From contig NW_024704742.1 of assembly GCF_018977255.1 (NCBI RefSeq), positions 107,324,001 to 107,388,000 of the forward strand: a stretch of 64,000 nt of DNA. The letters are read 5' to 3'. Below, piece by piece: positions 12,008 to 23,998 of this stretch; position 1 is the stretch's first letter, and every line of letters starts with the position of its first letter. Both the position numbers and the translations under genes were made by a program. The notes under the pieces were generated by a model. The model saw nothing but the letters and a program-made list of their open reading frames with translations, was not told where the DNA came from and did no database searches. The stretch comes from Callorhinchus milii (Eukaryota).

Positions 12008-13432
12008 CAGGAGTGGGCAAAATACGTCCCACGGGCCATATCCGGCCCGCCAAATGATTCTATCCAGCCCGTCATTGTGTCTAGCAATAGAAAAAAATGA
12101 TAGTTCGTTCAGTCCCAGAAAGTCGCACAAATTTTGCATTTGAATCTGACCAGGAACATCAGCCAATCACACTGCTTAGTTGTGCGCACGCTCCCTTAAA
12201 TGTTGAATCAGGCTGACGTCAGAAACGTACGGATCGGCAAATTTTCAAACACGCACGGGCGACAACCGCGGCTATACTTTTCACTGAAGAGGACGTTAAT
12301 TCGAAATGAGTTTAGCAAAGCAGCGGAAAGTGGACGCTGAAGGCCGAATATTCAACAAAGAATGAACTTCTAAATTTTTTTTACCAGTGTGGGTGAAAAA
12401 TAAAACAAATAAAATAAATAAAATAAAAATAAATTAAAAAATAAAATAAAGAAAGAAAATAAAAACAGTGTGCCGTTACAACATAAAGTAAGCAATTTTG
12501 CATGTTTTTCACTGGCACTCGATGAGAGTTGTGATGTCAAAGACACAGCCCAGTTGATAATTTTTATTCTAGGTATCACCAAACATTTTGAGCTCACAGA
12601 AGAATCGGCATCAATGCAGTCAATGAAAGATATGACAACTGGAGAAGTCTTTTTGGAGGCAGTAAACAAGTGTATCTTAAAATTAGGAGTGGAGTGGAAA
12701 AAATTGGTGAATGTGACCACTAATGGAAGCCCGAATCTGACAGGCAAAAATGTTGGGTTACTGAAAAGAATTCAAGATCAAGTCAAAGAAACAAATCCAG
12801 AACAGAATATTGTTTTTCTACACTGCATTATCCACCAAGAGGTTCTCTGTAAGAGTGTTCTAAAATTAAGCAGTGTCGTGGACACAGTTACGAAAGTGGT
12901 CAACTACATTCGAGCAAGAGGATTAAACCACAGGCTCAAACTCTGCTTGAGGAATTGGAATCCGAGCACACAGATGCTCTGTATCACATGAATATAAGAT
13001 GGCTTAGTTTAGGAAAGATTTTGAAAAGAGTGTGGGAACTGAGAACAGAGATTGATTTATTTTTGGACATGAAACAAAAAGATTCGTATTTCCCACAGCT
13101 GAATGATGCGAATTGGCTCCCTGATTTCGCATTTGCCGTTGATATCATGGGCCACATGAATTAACTGAATTCAAAACTGCAACGGAAGAGGGCTTTTGTG
13201 CACGCAGTGTCAAGTCATTTATGTGCACGCAATGTCAAGTCATTTATGTGCACGCAGTGTCAAGTCATTTATGACAAAATTATTTATTTCATCACATCAG
13301 ATAGGAAACAGGCTGTTCGCCCACTTTCCAACTTTGCAGCAGATTACTGTTTGCGATCAAAACCTTAAAAAGTATACTTCGTCACTACTTGACTTACACA
13401 CCGAATCTTCTCGCCAATTAAATTATTTTAAA
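12008..13432 (+). mobile_element. Decayed hAT (Charlie/SPIN/GTF2IRD2-like) DNA transposon, internally deleted and truncated on the right
   Basis: Left TIR caggagtgggcaaa...cggcccg at 12008. ATG at 12306 reads MSLAKQRKVDAEGRIFNKE*. Fragments FSLALDESCD (first catalytic D), TTNGSPNL, LHCIIHQE, IRWLSLGK, FAFAVDI, FAHFPTL, with frameshifts and stops. Confidence 0.9.
13197..13271 (+). repeat. 3 x 25-bp tandem repeat inside the hAT transposase
   Basis: tgtgcacgca(g/a)tgtcaagtcattta, three consecutive copies. Confidence 0.95.
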
Positions 13433-14200
13433 TTAGTGTCCTCGGTTTACTGACCCACCCGCCAGTGGAAATAGTTTCTCCTTGTTCACCCTATCAAATC
13501 CCCTTGTAATTATGAAAACTTCTATTAAGTCTCCTCTTAACCTTCTCTGCTCCAAGGAGAATAATCCTCGCTTCTCTAGCCTCTCCTGATAACTGGAGTC
13601 CCTCATTCCTGGTACCATCCTGGTAAATCTCCTTTGCACCCTCTCCAATGCATCGACATCCTTCCTAAAGTGAGGTGCCCAGAACTGGACACAGTACTCC
13701 AGCTGAGGCCTAACCAGTGTTTTATAAAGGTTCATAACTTCCTGACTTTTGTATTCTATGCCCCTATTTATAAACCCTAGTATCCCGTATGCATTTTTTA
13801 ACAGCTTTATCTACCTGTCCTGCCACCTTCACAGATTTACTTATCTGAACCCCAGGTCTCTCTGTTCTTTCTCCCCCTTTAAGATTGTACCATCAACTTA
13901 TATTGCCTCTCCTCATTCTTCCTCCAAACATGCATCACTTTGCATTTCTCCACGTTAAACTTCATCTGCCACGTGTCTGCCCATTTTACCAGTCAGTCTG
14001 TGTCCTCTTGCAGTCTGCTCCTATCCTCCTCAATGTTTACTACTTTTCCTAACTCATCATCTGCAAACTTGGAAGTTGTACTCCCTATACCCAAGTCCAT
14101 GTCATTGATATAGATCAAAAAGAGCAGTGGTCCCAATACCGACCCGTGGGGGACACCACTGCACACTTCCCTCCAGTCAGAAAAAAACAACCTCCAATAC
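13433..14200 (-). mobile_element. CR1 LINE RT fragment
   Basis: [20 protein letters not shown]...KFADD and LYKTLVRPQLEYCVQFWAP...LERVQRRFTRM...LRGDLIEVF. Confidence 0.92.
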
Positions 14201-14767
14201 AATGGGCCTAATTATCTTCTGTGCTTTAAATTTCTATGGTTCTAATGCAAGGTTGAAAATCTATCAGGTGGGGTAGGCATATGAGCTGTTGACTGAGGGA
14301 GGGCAGCAAGGGATGGAGTGTGAGCTGTCAGTCTGCCATGTGTGAGGTAAACTTTAGATAAGCAGATGGGTAGGGCATGAGTTACCAGTTCAAATAAACA
14401 CAGTTAGAGAAGGTGCAGTTGTGTGATGGATGTCAAAGACTATTGTATTGTATGGTCCAACTGGGACTGGCTGCCTTCTCTAGTGATTCCTATAGGTGTG
14501 TGCGATTTCTTTTTATTGTTTTAGCAACTTAATACAATGGCTGCAGACGGCTGCACAGTGCACAAGAGGAAACCCAGAGTTAATCTTCAAGCAGACGGCA
14601 AACGTCGTAGGAATGCAAAATATCAATTTGAGAAGTGAAGCCAACGACATGAAAGCTGAGAAAAATACAGCTGAAATGGGGGCTATTAAAAATGTAATAA
14701 GTGCAAAAGCTGTTCCCGACTCTCCAGCAAACGCCGACGTTCTCGTTAAACTCAGGCAACGAGGGCT

Positions 14768-14799
<32 letters not shown>

Positions 14800-15329
14800 G
14801 GCGAGAAATGAACCAGGGGGCAGACAAGGACAGAGCAAACAACTGGAAGAGATGAAAGCAGAGGAGCAAGTTCACAGCGTGAAACAAACAGCCCGTGAAG
14901 GCAGGAGCCGAAAAAGTACACGTTTATTCACAACATTTATTTGCTGAGGCGCTGCAGCTCACCCCCCCTGACCATGGCCATGACCATCCCCGGCTATTTT
15001 AAGTGGGAGCGCTTCATTTCAGTGCCCAGATTTACTGCGATGCTTTTTTTTGGGGGGGGAAAAAAAAATCATGCATATTAAACCTGCACTCGTGCAGGGC
15101 GTTACCGACCCCCCCCCCCCCCCGTCTAACACTCGGCTGTTGTTATTTGCGATTGCTCTGAAACAGAGGAAACTTTTACCTGGAGGGTTGCTACTGAGAC
15201 CAATTCTTTGTTGAGGAGCAAATACTGAGCTGTTGCACGTACCGGATGAGAAAAGAGTCTGCGGTGCAAACATAGCTGTTGGTATCACCAGGATCGCCTC
15301 CCTCCCTCCCTCCCTCCCCACACCATCCC

Positions 15330-15600
15330 GTCTCTATCTCGAGCAGCCAGACGTGAGCCAGTGACCCCCCTCCTCCTCCTCCACCCCCTCCCCACCTCCT
15401 CCTCCTCCTGTAGCTGCTCCAGTCCGCTGTCCTGTCAATCTGCGGCTGCCTCTGGGCTGGGGCTGAGGCTGAGTGCAACCCGATTGGCTGTGAGGGAGGG
15501 AGGGGGGGGCGGGATCCGGACGGCTGGAGGTGTCATTGGGCAGAGCCGGTGTCAATCAAGCGACGGCGAGCTTTGTTCTTCCCCAGTGAGTGTGTGTGGG
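15330..15600 (+). promoter_or_regulatory. ST8SIA4 proximal promoter (GC-rich, no obvious TATA)
   Basis: Inverted CCAAT (ATTGG) at 15483 and 15535, GC box GGGCGG at 15507-15512, locally high GC/CpG, ~300 nt upstream of the ATG. TSS not determinable. Confidence 0.6.
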
Positions 15601-15839
15601 GAGGAGAGCACTGGGCAGTCCAGTCCAGGCTCAGCTCAGCCCAGTCCAGGCTCAGCTCAGCTCAGCCCAGGCTCAGACTGCAACCTCCCTCACACACACA
15701 CACACACACACACAACCCTCTCACTTATTGCACGGGTTGGGAGGGAAAGCCGACTCTCTCTTGACTTCACGCGCGCAGGATATATTTTTTTTCCCCCCCC
15801 CCCTTCTTTTTCTTTTTTTTTCCCCCCCAAAAAAAAGCA

Positions 15840-15946
15840 ATGCGCCTCACCCGAAAATGCTGTGCCCTGTGCACCATAAGCATCTTAGTCATTTTCTTTA
15901 AAACAAAGGACTTAACAAGAACGGAGCACCAGCAGTCGGAACTGGG
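15840..15946 (+). CDS. ST8SIA4: ST8SIA4 coding exon 1 (cytoplasmic tail, signal-anchor TM, stem)
   Basis: ATG at 15840 reads MRLTRKCCALCTISILVIFFKTKDLTRTEHQQSELG, similar to mammalian ST8SIA4 N-terminus ([32 protein letters not shown]...). Donor GG|gtaatg, phase 2. Not in the ORF track. Confidence 0.93.
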
Positions 15947-16197
15947 GTAATGTACATCATTCTCGTGTTAAAGAATTAAGCAAAAGTCACCAGACTTGCA
16001 ATGTATAAACACGCAAATTGTCATTTTTTTAAAATATATTTTTTTAAATGAACCCCAACCCCCCAATGCCTGCAATTGTTTTGGTAGATTTGGGCTTTAG
16101 TTTTTGTTTTGAGTGACAGTTCTAATTCTTGATGCACAGCGATATTTCTTTTTGTTCCTCGCCGTCTGTTGTGAAAAGAGTTGTGTGCTTTTTTTTT

Positions 16198-16577
16198 GTG
16201 TGGGTGTGTGTGAGTGTGATGTGTGCGGTGTGTGTGTGTGAGTGTGAGTGAGTGTGTGAGTGTGAGTGAGTGTGAGTGAGTGTGGTGTGTGAGTGTGTGG
16301 TGTGAGTGTGTGGTGTGTGAGTGAGTGGTGTGTAGTGTGAGTGAGTGTGTGAGTGAGTGTGGTGTGTGAGTGAGTGTGTGGTGTGAGTGAGTGTGTGAGT
16401 GAGTGTGTGGTGTGTGAGTGAGTGTATGGTGTGAGTGAGTGTGTGAGTGTGTGGTGTGTGTGAGTTAGTGAGTGTGTGGTGTGTGTGAGTGAGTGAGTGT
16501 GTGGAGTGTGAGTGAGTGAGTGTGTGGTGTGAGTGTGAGTGAGTGGGTGTGTGAGTGTGTGGTGTGAGTGAGTGTGA
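16198..16577. repeat. Compound (GT)n/(GTGA)n/(GTG) microsatellite in intron 1
   Basis: Direct reading. Confidence 0.95.
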
Positions 16578-16931
16578 GGACGTTTGCAATGTGCATCGTC
16601 GAGAAGTGCTGCTCCTTATTGTATTGTGTTGGGCTGAGGAAGGGTCTGGACCGGCGTCTTAGCGAAAGTCTTTGGGTTAGAAGAGGAGAGGAGGGGTCGG
16701 TGGAAGGAAAATATACCGTTTGGGTGGAAGTGGATCAGTGAGTGAGTCGACTCAAAACCATCTCCACCTCAGTCTCTCTTCCCATTTCCCCCCAACACCC
16801 CACACACACGCGAAACGAGCAATAATAGTTGTGTGTGTGTGTGTGTGAGGAGGCAGTGAAAAGCATTGAGACTCACACTGGTGCCACTGCCTGCAAATGG
16901 CCAACTTTGAAATGAGTATGTCCTGTGTTCA

Positions 16932-17418
16932 GTCCCTGCCCTCCCCTGCCCTGCCTTCCCCTGCCCTGCCCTGCCCTGCCTTCCCGTGCCCTGCCTTCCC
17001 CTGCCCTCCCCTGCCCTGCCCTGCCTTCCCCTGCCCTCCCCTGCCCTGCCTTCCCCTGCCCTGCCCTGCCCTCCCCTGCCCTGCCTTCCCCTGCCCTCCC
17101 CTGCCTTCCCCTGCCCTGCCTTCCCCTGCCCTGCCCTGCCTTCCCCTGCCCTGCCTTCCCCTGCCCTCCCCTGCCCTGCCTTCCCCTGCCCTGCCTTCCC
17201 CTGCCCTGCCCTCCCCTGCCCTGCCCTCCCCTGTCCTCCCCTGCCCTGCCCTGCCCTCCCCTGCCCTGCCTTGCCTTGCCCTGCCCTCCCCTGCCCTGCC
17301 TTCCCCTCCCATCCCCTGCCCTGCCCTGCCTTCCCCTCCCATCCCCTGCCTGCCCTCCCCTGCCCTGCCTTCCCCTCCCATCCCCTGCCCTGCCTTCCCC
17401 TGCCCTCCCCTCCCTGCT
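16932..17418. repeat. (CCCTG)n-based pentamer/minisatellite array in intron 1
   Basis: Units ccctg, cccctgccct and ccttcccctg over ~490 bp; the source of the low-complexity ORFs. Confidence 0.95.
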
Positions 17419-18561
17419 CAGGACCTCTGTGCAGACACCAGCCACAGGGTCCTGAGCAGGGAGGGGAGGGGAGGGCAGGGCCAGTGTTTGCAGTGTGTGG
17501 TGTGGCTTTGTCACCTCCAGGCACAACAACAAACCAAACTAAACTAAACTGACTAACTTAACGGCTCTGACTCGCCTCAGATCCTCTGTGAGGATGCAGC
17601 AGTGTAAATGTGCCATGTAGTAGCCCGTCCACCGACTGAGAGAGAGAGAGAGAGAGAGAGAGAGTTGGGGGGAGGGAGAGAGAGAGAGCATCTGCTGTTA
17701 ACAGTCTTGGTGCGTTTTCCAGCTCCTGTGCTCACCCATCCTTTTTTTGTCCGTCTTCTTGATCTTATTTGGACCCTCTCTCTCCCCCCCCCCCCCCCAG
17801 TGCAGATTAGTGAATGTGGCATCTTATAGTTTCACCAACTTGTCCACTAAGTGAGTGCCCCGCTCTCTGATGGGCAAGATGTTAAATTCCCCTTCATTAT
17901 TGGTTGGTACCTTTTTTTTTAAAAGAAAGTCTTAGGGGGAGAGAGAGAGAGAGAGCAACAACAACAAGAAAACTTGCCACCCCCCCCCCCCACCTCCTTC
18001 CTTCCTTCCTTCCTTTAAAAAAGGAATCGGGACGATCTGAAGCCAGAGCGATGCTCAAACACTGGATCACAAGTGTAATGATCGCTAAAAGGTCCGAGAT
18101 GATACCAAACACTGACTGCCGCTTGATGGGGGAGCTGTGGTGAAGGCAAGAACCCCAGGCTGCCAGCAATGCCTTGCTTTTACACGGCATATGCTTTTGT
18201 GTGTAGATGTATACGTGCAGATACATGTACAGAGCAAGCCACGTCTCATGTGCTGCAAACAGGAAAACAAGATCTAGGTGACGAGCGAAACGGGGTCAGT
18301 CGCCAAACACTAGAACATGATTATTATTATTATTCATTATTATTAAACACTGGAACACACAGAAGTTTCGTCCATCGATCGGTTGCGAGCAAAGCTGATC
18401 AATTGGTTATGATTGACAATGTACCTTTTGGGCAAAAAAGATGCTCGTTTAGTTTGATTGTTGCATTTGCATAATTTGGGCTTCTTTGCATGTTGCACAT
18501 TTTTTGTCGTGACTTACTTTTTTAAAAAAAATACAACCCCAAATAATCTTAATTGTTTCAG

Positions 18562-18693
18562 GGATGGAGAAACGAGTCCAACCAGGCTGATGGTTAATAG
18601 TTCCAATAAAGTGAATAGAAAGGATGTTCGCCCGATCTTCAAACACTCTGTGGAGGGCTGGAAAAGCAATTTATCCCTGGTTATTAAAATAAG
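18562..18693 (+). CDS. ST8SIA4: ST8SIA4 coding exon 2 (stem, start of polybasic region)
   Basis: tttcag acceptor, 132 nt, DGETSPTRLMVNSSNKVNRKDVRPIFKHSVEGWKSNLSLVIKIR, donor AG|gtaatt. Frame matches exons 1 and 3. Confidence 0.94.
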
Positions 18694-19786
18694 GTAATTT
18701 TACAGTTCAAAATATTATTTGGGACAAAATAATCTGCTTTTAGCAGATGTTGAAAATCAGAATGTGCATTATATAAGCCTCCACCATAATAGAACAATAT
18801 ATATTGCTTTTTGGGGTTTAAAGAAATTAATTCTGAATTGTTCTCTGAAAAATTCAGTGGGGTGTGAACAACAAATAGGATTTGTTTTATTTCACTGAGA
18901 AATAGAACATGCTTCATTATAGTTTCCAGCTGTAAACATAACTGGTAAAGGCTGCTGGTTGCTATATAAAATGGTATTTTTCAGCAGTTTATCACTCCAC
19001 AATCACTCAATAAAACTCACTCACTCAACAAAACTCAGTAAAGGTAACTTTGGTGTCAGCATGACCTTAGGAGTTTGATAAGTTATCATTTACTTATTTC
19101 TCAAACTGGCACCAGTTGTTGTTCAGAGTTGAAAATAAATAAGACGCCAGAGAGAGATGGAGAGATTCTGCTTGGGGTATCAGTTGCTTGCAATAAATCC
19201 TTCATATTGCTGTCATTTTTCCAATCGGCATATAATCCTCCTTCCTTCCGCCGCAGAGAAAATACCTGACCTGAAGCGGAACATTTCACATTTTAGGAAC
19301 TAGTGTGATGTGTAATATTGGGTAGCATGAGTAGTGATGATGGGATGTGTTTAATTGACCTTGGGTATTCTTCAAATAGTTCATATTAATACAGGAGTGT
19401 CCATAGGGCTGTGAAACCTCTTTATACTTTTGCTGCCTCTGTGAAACAATTTAGCAATTAAAACAAACTAAATTGTAGATGTGGTAATGTAGCAGGTGGC
19501 TGCCTGGTTATGAGTCACTTGGCTTGTTAAACCACTTGGAGACAAGAGTTCAGGGATATAATGGAGATAGAGGTATAATTGTAATAAGGCTTGCAGTCAA
19601 ATCCCAGTGTAAATTGCTACTCACAATTTTTGCAAGTTTTCAACTGAAATTAAAATGCAGTGAACTGGATAATAATGTTACTAAAAATAAAGAGAATATC
19701 TCAGACCCACCTCCTCAACCTTCAGTACAAAAGCCAAACTTAATAATGGGCTGCAGAGGGATTTGCAAACCCAGAGAATCTATTTT

Positions 19787-20101
19787 GGAGACCTGTAGTT
19801 CAATGGTTAGAGCACTCGCTTTGCAAGCGGGAGACCTGGGTTTAGTTCCCAGCAGGGTGAAACCGTGGGCAAGTTTCCTTACTCCACACGTCTGATAATA
19901 ATCCCTCAAGAAAATAAAACAATAATAAATTGGTCACTTCAAACCACAACTGTTTGTGGGACACTGCTGTGCGCAATTGGCTGCTGCGTTTTGCCCACAA
20001 ATATACAGTCAATTCACTTTACAGTCTATTCTGTGATACGCTTTGAGACGTCTAGAAGACGTGAAAAGCGCTATATCAAATGCAAGGATTATTATTATTA
20101 T
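19787..20101 (+). mobile_element. tRNA-SINE, short form, full length
   Basis: Same head, core and tail as 5024-5344. Confidence 0.9.
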
Positions 20102-23100
20102 TTTGCTTCTGAAAGGCAGAAATTATTTCTTGATCCCCAAAATTGATTCACTGCCTTAAATTTACTGAAGTGTATCTGTTATTGTTTATTGTGACATAGA
20201 TAACATGCTTATTTTCTTGGATAATTATTTTCCTATTATTACGATGCATTGTTTCCATTTCTATTTGATAAAGCCATGTGACATCGAATATCGATTTTAT
20301 AGCACAGGAGTTGGAGGAATATTGAGTTTGTGAGATAGAATCTGAAAATATAGCGAATCTAGGATAGAGGACACATGGTGTCTGAAATTCTACCTGACTT
20401 TCGCCTACAAGATTACTTTATTTTAAAATTTTAAGAATTACATTAAATTTGGGAAAATTCTTTAATTTGGTCTAAATTCAAAAGCAGTTTTTTTTTACCC
20501 TTTCTTAAAATAAACCATCTTAAAATTGAGACTGAATTCCAAAATTTTCTTCAATTCTGTACGATCTTAAATTTTAAGATAAAATGGATTTACAGGTTTA
20601 TTGGCCTGTAACAGACACTTCCTAGACAGTGGGTAAGATCTACCAGCACCAGTCTGTACAGATACACTAAACACAAAGGATAAGGTCCACAGCAATGGCC
20701 TGTATATAGAGAGCGGGAAGAGCCACAGCTCTGACCTATTAATTGTTCCTTTCATCATATTGTATGACAGACATTCCCCAGGCATTGGGGAAGAGTCACA
20801 ACATTGACCTGTACAGACGTTCTCCAGACATCGGGGTAGATTAATGGTCAGAAATAAACATGACCATTCATAACTTCCAAACAACTGAGCAAGTGCAATG
20901 TAATCAGATAAAATTCTGTAGGGCTCTGATTTGAGAACAGCTCTGTAATGTAAAGGCAGGTAACACTTAGTGTCTCTGTGTTTTCTGAAGTGAAACAATG
21001 TTAGAATTACAATGGGTTACATTTATATAGCACCTTTCATGTAAAAGAAGTGTCTTGAAACGCTTTACAAAATTAAGATGAATTATTAACAAAGTGAATG
21101 AATGCTATTATGGAGGCAAACGTGGCACCTAAGTTGGACAGGCAATTTAATATCAATAATAATTTGATAAGTGAACCATTAATTAGAATTGGAAGTGAAT
21201 TTGGATAAGAAAGGAATAAAAGATGACATGCTGTAACCTAGTTTAAAAAAAAATCCACTTTTCTTTGAAATAGCACCAAGCCGTACAGATTTAGAATTTG
21301 AAGGCTGAAATCCCATTTGGCTGGAATTAGTTGGGCAACAGTTTGGATGTTGCAATTGGAGAAATTGGAGATTTTCTCTCAGAGAAAATCAGCCAGTATT
21401 CCAGCTTCTGTTCACTACTAAGTGGGCTCTACCGGAATGTATGTTTGTGTGGATATTGGGTGCAAAGAGAATTGGGCTCAACTGTGATGTCTCCTCTCCC
21501 ATGGGCAAATAGTCTGCCAGTGCTCACCATGCTGGCTGAGAATGAGGAATGGCTGTTTGCATGAAGAACCAGAAGGTGGCCAACAGCTGTTGAACCACAC
21601 AAACAGAAACCAGTGCCCTGGGGGAAGTTTAAAAGGAGGAAAGGGTGAAGATTGGCAGAAAAAATGTGATTTGGGGAATTATTCAAGCGCTGCAGGAGGT
21701 GGAAGAGCAGAATCTCACTATCCCACCGACTCATGCCCAACAATTTGCTTTATTCTTTGAATGCTATTAATTTCTTGGCTTCAATAAAATTCAAAATGAT
21801 CTGTAACTGCAACTATTGGATAACTAGTACTCTGGGGCACATTTGAAAAGACCGGTGTATCAGAACAAAGTATTACACTATTGACATTAGAAAGATTCTT
21901 GCATGAAAGACAAGAAAATGTGGTCTGAGCATTTCCACAATTGTGAAAGAACTCCCATAACAGTTGCTGCAGTTAATACAGTATCATGTGTTTATTTAGA
22001 CAAGGTGGATAAATAAGGATTAGGATTTACATTAATATTTTCAGTCTAGATTCTGTACTGATTTTCTCAAAACATTGAAATAAGCACATAACAAAAATGT
22101 CATATTGTAGTCATTTAGTGAGGGATGATGAAGTGCTAAAAACATATATATCATATCGTGCCTAAAATGTAACTGTCATGTATTTTGCTAAAGCAATTTA
22201 TGTTTAAGACTAATTGGCTCAAAATGTGCTTAACACATAAGGAGTTTCTTGGGATTAAAGAACACCTTGTATTCTGACTAGTGCAGTGCTGAAGGGATAG
22301 TTAAGAGGGTCAATTTTGATTTTGTTGTATTTAGCTGAGCAATCCTGCTAACAGCAGAAGGCCACCTGGGGTTTTGAGAATGAAAACAATGACATTTATT
22401 TCCTTTAAATATTGTTCCCCTCCCTAGAAGGCAGTGGTAACATTGTTAAGGAAATGTCTCTTTGCCTGCGCTCCCAATATTGAGGGCCATTGCAACAAGG
22501 AAAGGTATTGAAGATTTCAGTTGCAGTTCACAAGCATTTGTTTACCAGTGAGGATTTAGAGGAAATGGTTGTGCCAGGAGATACTGTCTACCACAATAAG
22601 TGCCTGCAAATAGGAACATCCTGTCATGAGCCTTATTATTAACACGTCACACAAAAGCACAGAACAGTAGTAACAATCCTGATTCTCATAGCTCCAGATG
22701 ACACATGCGTGTTTTTCAGAATTAGCAAGAATAACTGAAGGGAGAAAATGTAATAGACTAAATATAAAGAGCTGTAGGATGGATACACCTCATTTCTCTC
22801 TTCAGTTTTCTCCCCTCTTGTGAAGCCAATGGGTGACTCCTCCTGGAATTAGTTTTACAAGTACCGTCAGTTCTCCCATATCTCATTTTTTTCCTTCCAT
22901 GGTGTGGGGACACGCAGGCTTGTCATAATAACCCACTACTGCCTCTATTTCGGCACGGACCAGGGACTGAATTTGCAACCTTAATATATATTAATATTAT
23001 AATGAGATTATTATTATAAGATTATAATAATAATCATTGTTTTTGACATAATCTCATATTATATTGTTGAGATGTTTGAAAACCCTTCACAGGATATTTT

Positions 23101-23499
23101 CAGAATATTACTATAGTGAATGTGTATTGGTTTGCGAATACGGTGGCTAATTTATATTCAGTTGAAACAAATGGAAGAAGAGTTTGTTATAAGGAAATAA
23201 AGTGGTTCATTTAATTTATTTTTAATTGAGTATTAATGAAGGTTATGACATGTAGTGGAGTGTAGTTTAATACTCTCCATATAAGCTGAATCTCTCCTGT
23301 CTCCAGTTGTGGTCCTCAGTCAGGTTGAAAATACCCTCAGGGCTGGATTGAGTCTTAAATTCATGCAGCATCTCTGCCCTAAACGATATTTCTTTCATGA
23401 GCTATTCATGGAGCCAGTGTGAATAGTACATCAAATGAAACTTTTTTTTAGATAAAATATCTTGTAAATTGTCTGCCAGCCTATGCTTCAGATGAGACC

Positions 23500-23850
23500 T
23501 CCATCCTCCCAACTGAATGTTCAACTGAGGTCCTGCTGCAGTGACGCATGTGGATGCTAAGGATCCCAAAGTATTATTTTGCAGAAGAGCAGGGAATTCT
23601 CCCAGTGTCCTAACATATTATTTCCTGATCCTAATTCACCGAATGAAAAATTCCATCAGGGTAAGATATACTCCATTTATGTAGAATTTCATTCCACAAT
23701 TGTTTGTCGGACACTGCATAATTGGCTGCCATGTTTTGCCCACAAAATATATAGTCAATTTCCTTTACAGTATATTCTGTGAAGTGCTTTGAGGTTTCTC
23801 AATGACGTCATAAGGCGCTATATCAAGTGCAAAGATTCTTCTTTTTATTA
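23500..23850 (+). mobile_element. Older Deu-type SINE 3' part
   Basis: gaagagcagggaattctcccagtgtcc...attggctgccatg...aggcgctatatcaagtgcaaag. Confidence 0.6.
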
Positions 23851-23998
23851 TTTCAGGGTGTCCAGAATTTTTGCAAATTCTTAAATACAGTCTTAATTTT
23901 GAAGTCAGGTTTTCTGTTGTCTCTACGACTTACAGAAAACCAGCTTCAAAATGAAGCCTGTATTTAAGAGTTTGCCAAATGCTTGGGTGGTCTGAAAT
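23851..23998. mobile_element. Palindromic MITE-like element
   Basis: gcaaattcttaaatacagtcttaattttgaagtcaggttttctgt pairs with acagaaaaccagcttcaaaatgaagcctgtatttaagagtttgc. Related copy at 24640-24790. Confidence 0.7.

Noticed and set aside
12470..12991. GTF2IRD2/ZBED-like domesticated gene
   Set aside because: Stops, frameshifts, an internal deletion and a TIR indicate a dead hAT transposon.
13197..13271. CRISPR-like direct repeats
   Set aside because: The repeats are contiguous with no spacers, in a eukaryotic context with no cas genes.
15361..15879. 172-aa ORF over the promoter
   Set aside because: Low-complexity, non-ATG start, and out of frame with the real exon 1.
16122..17552. Long ORFs (155-251 aa) rich in HT, PCPAL or GQGRA
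   Set aside because: They are translations of microsatellite and pentamer arrays in intron 1.
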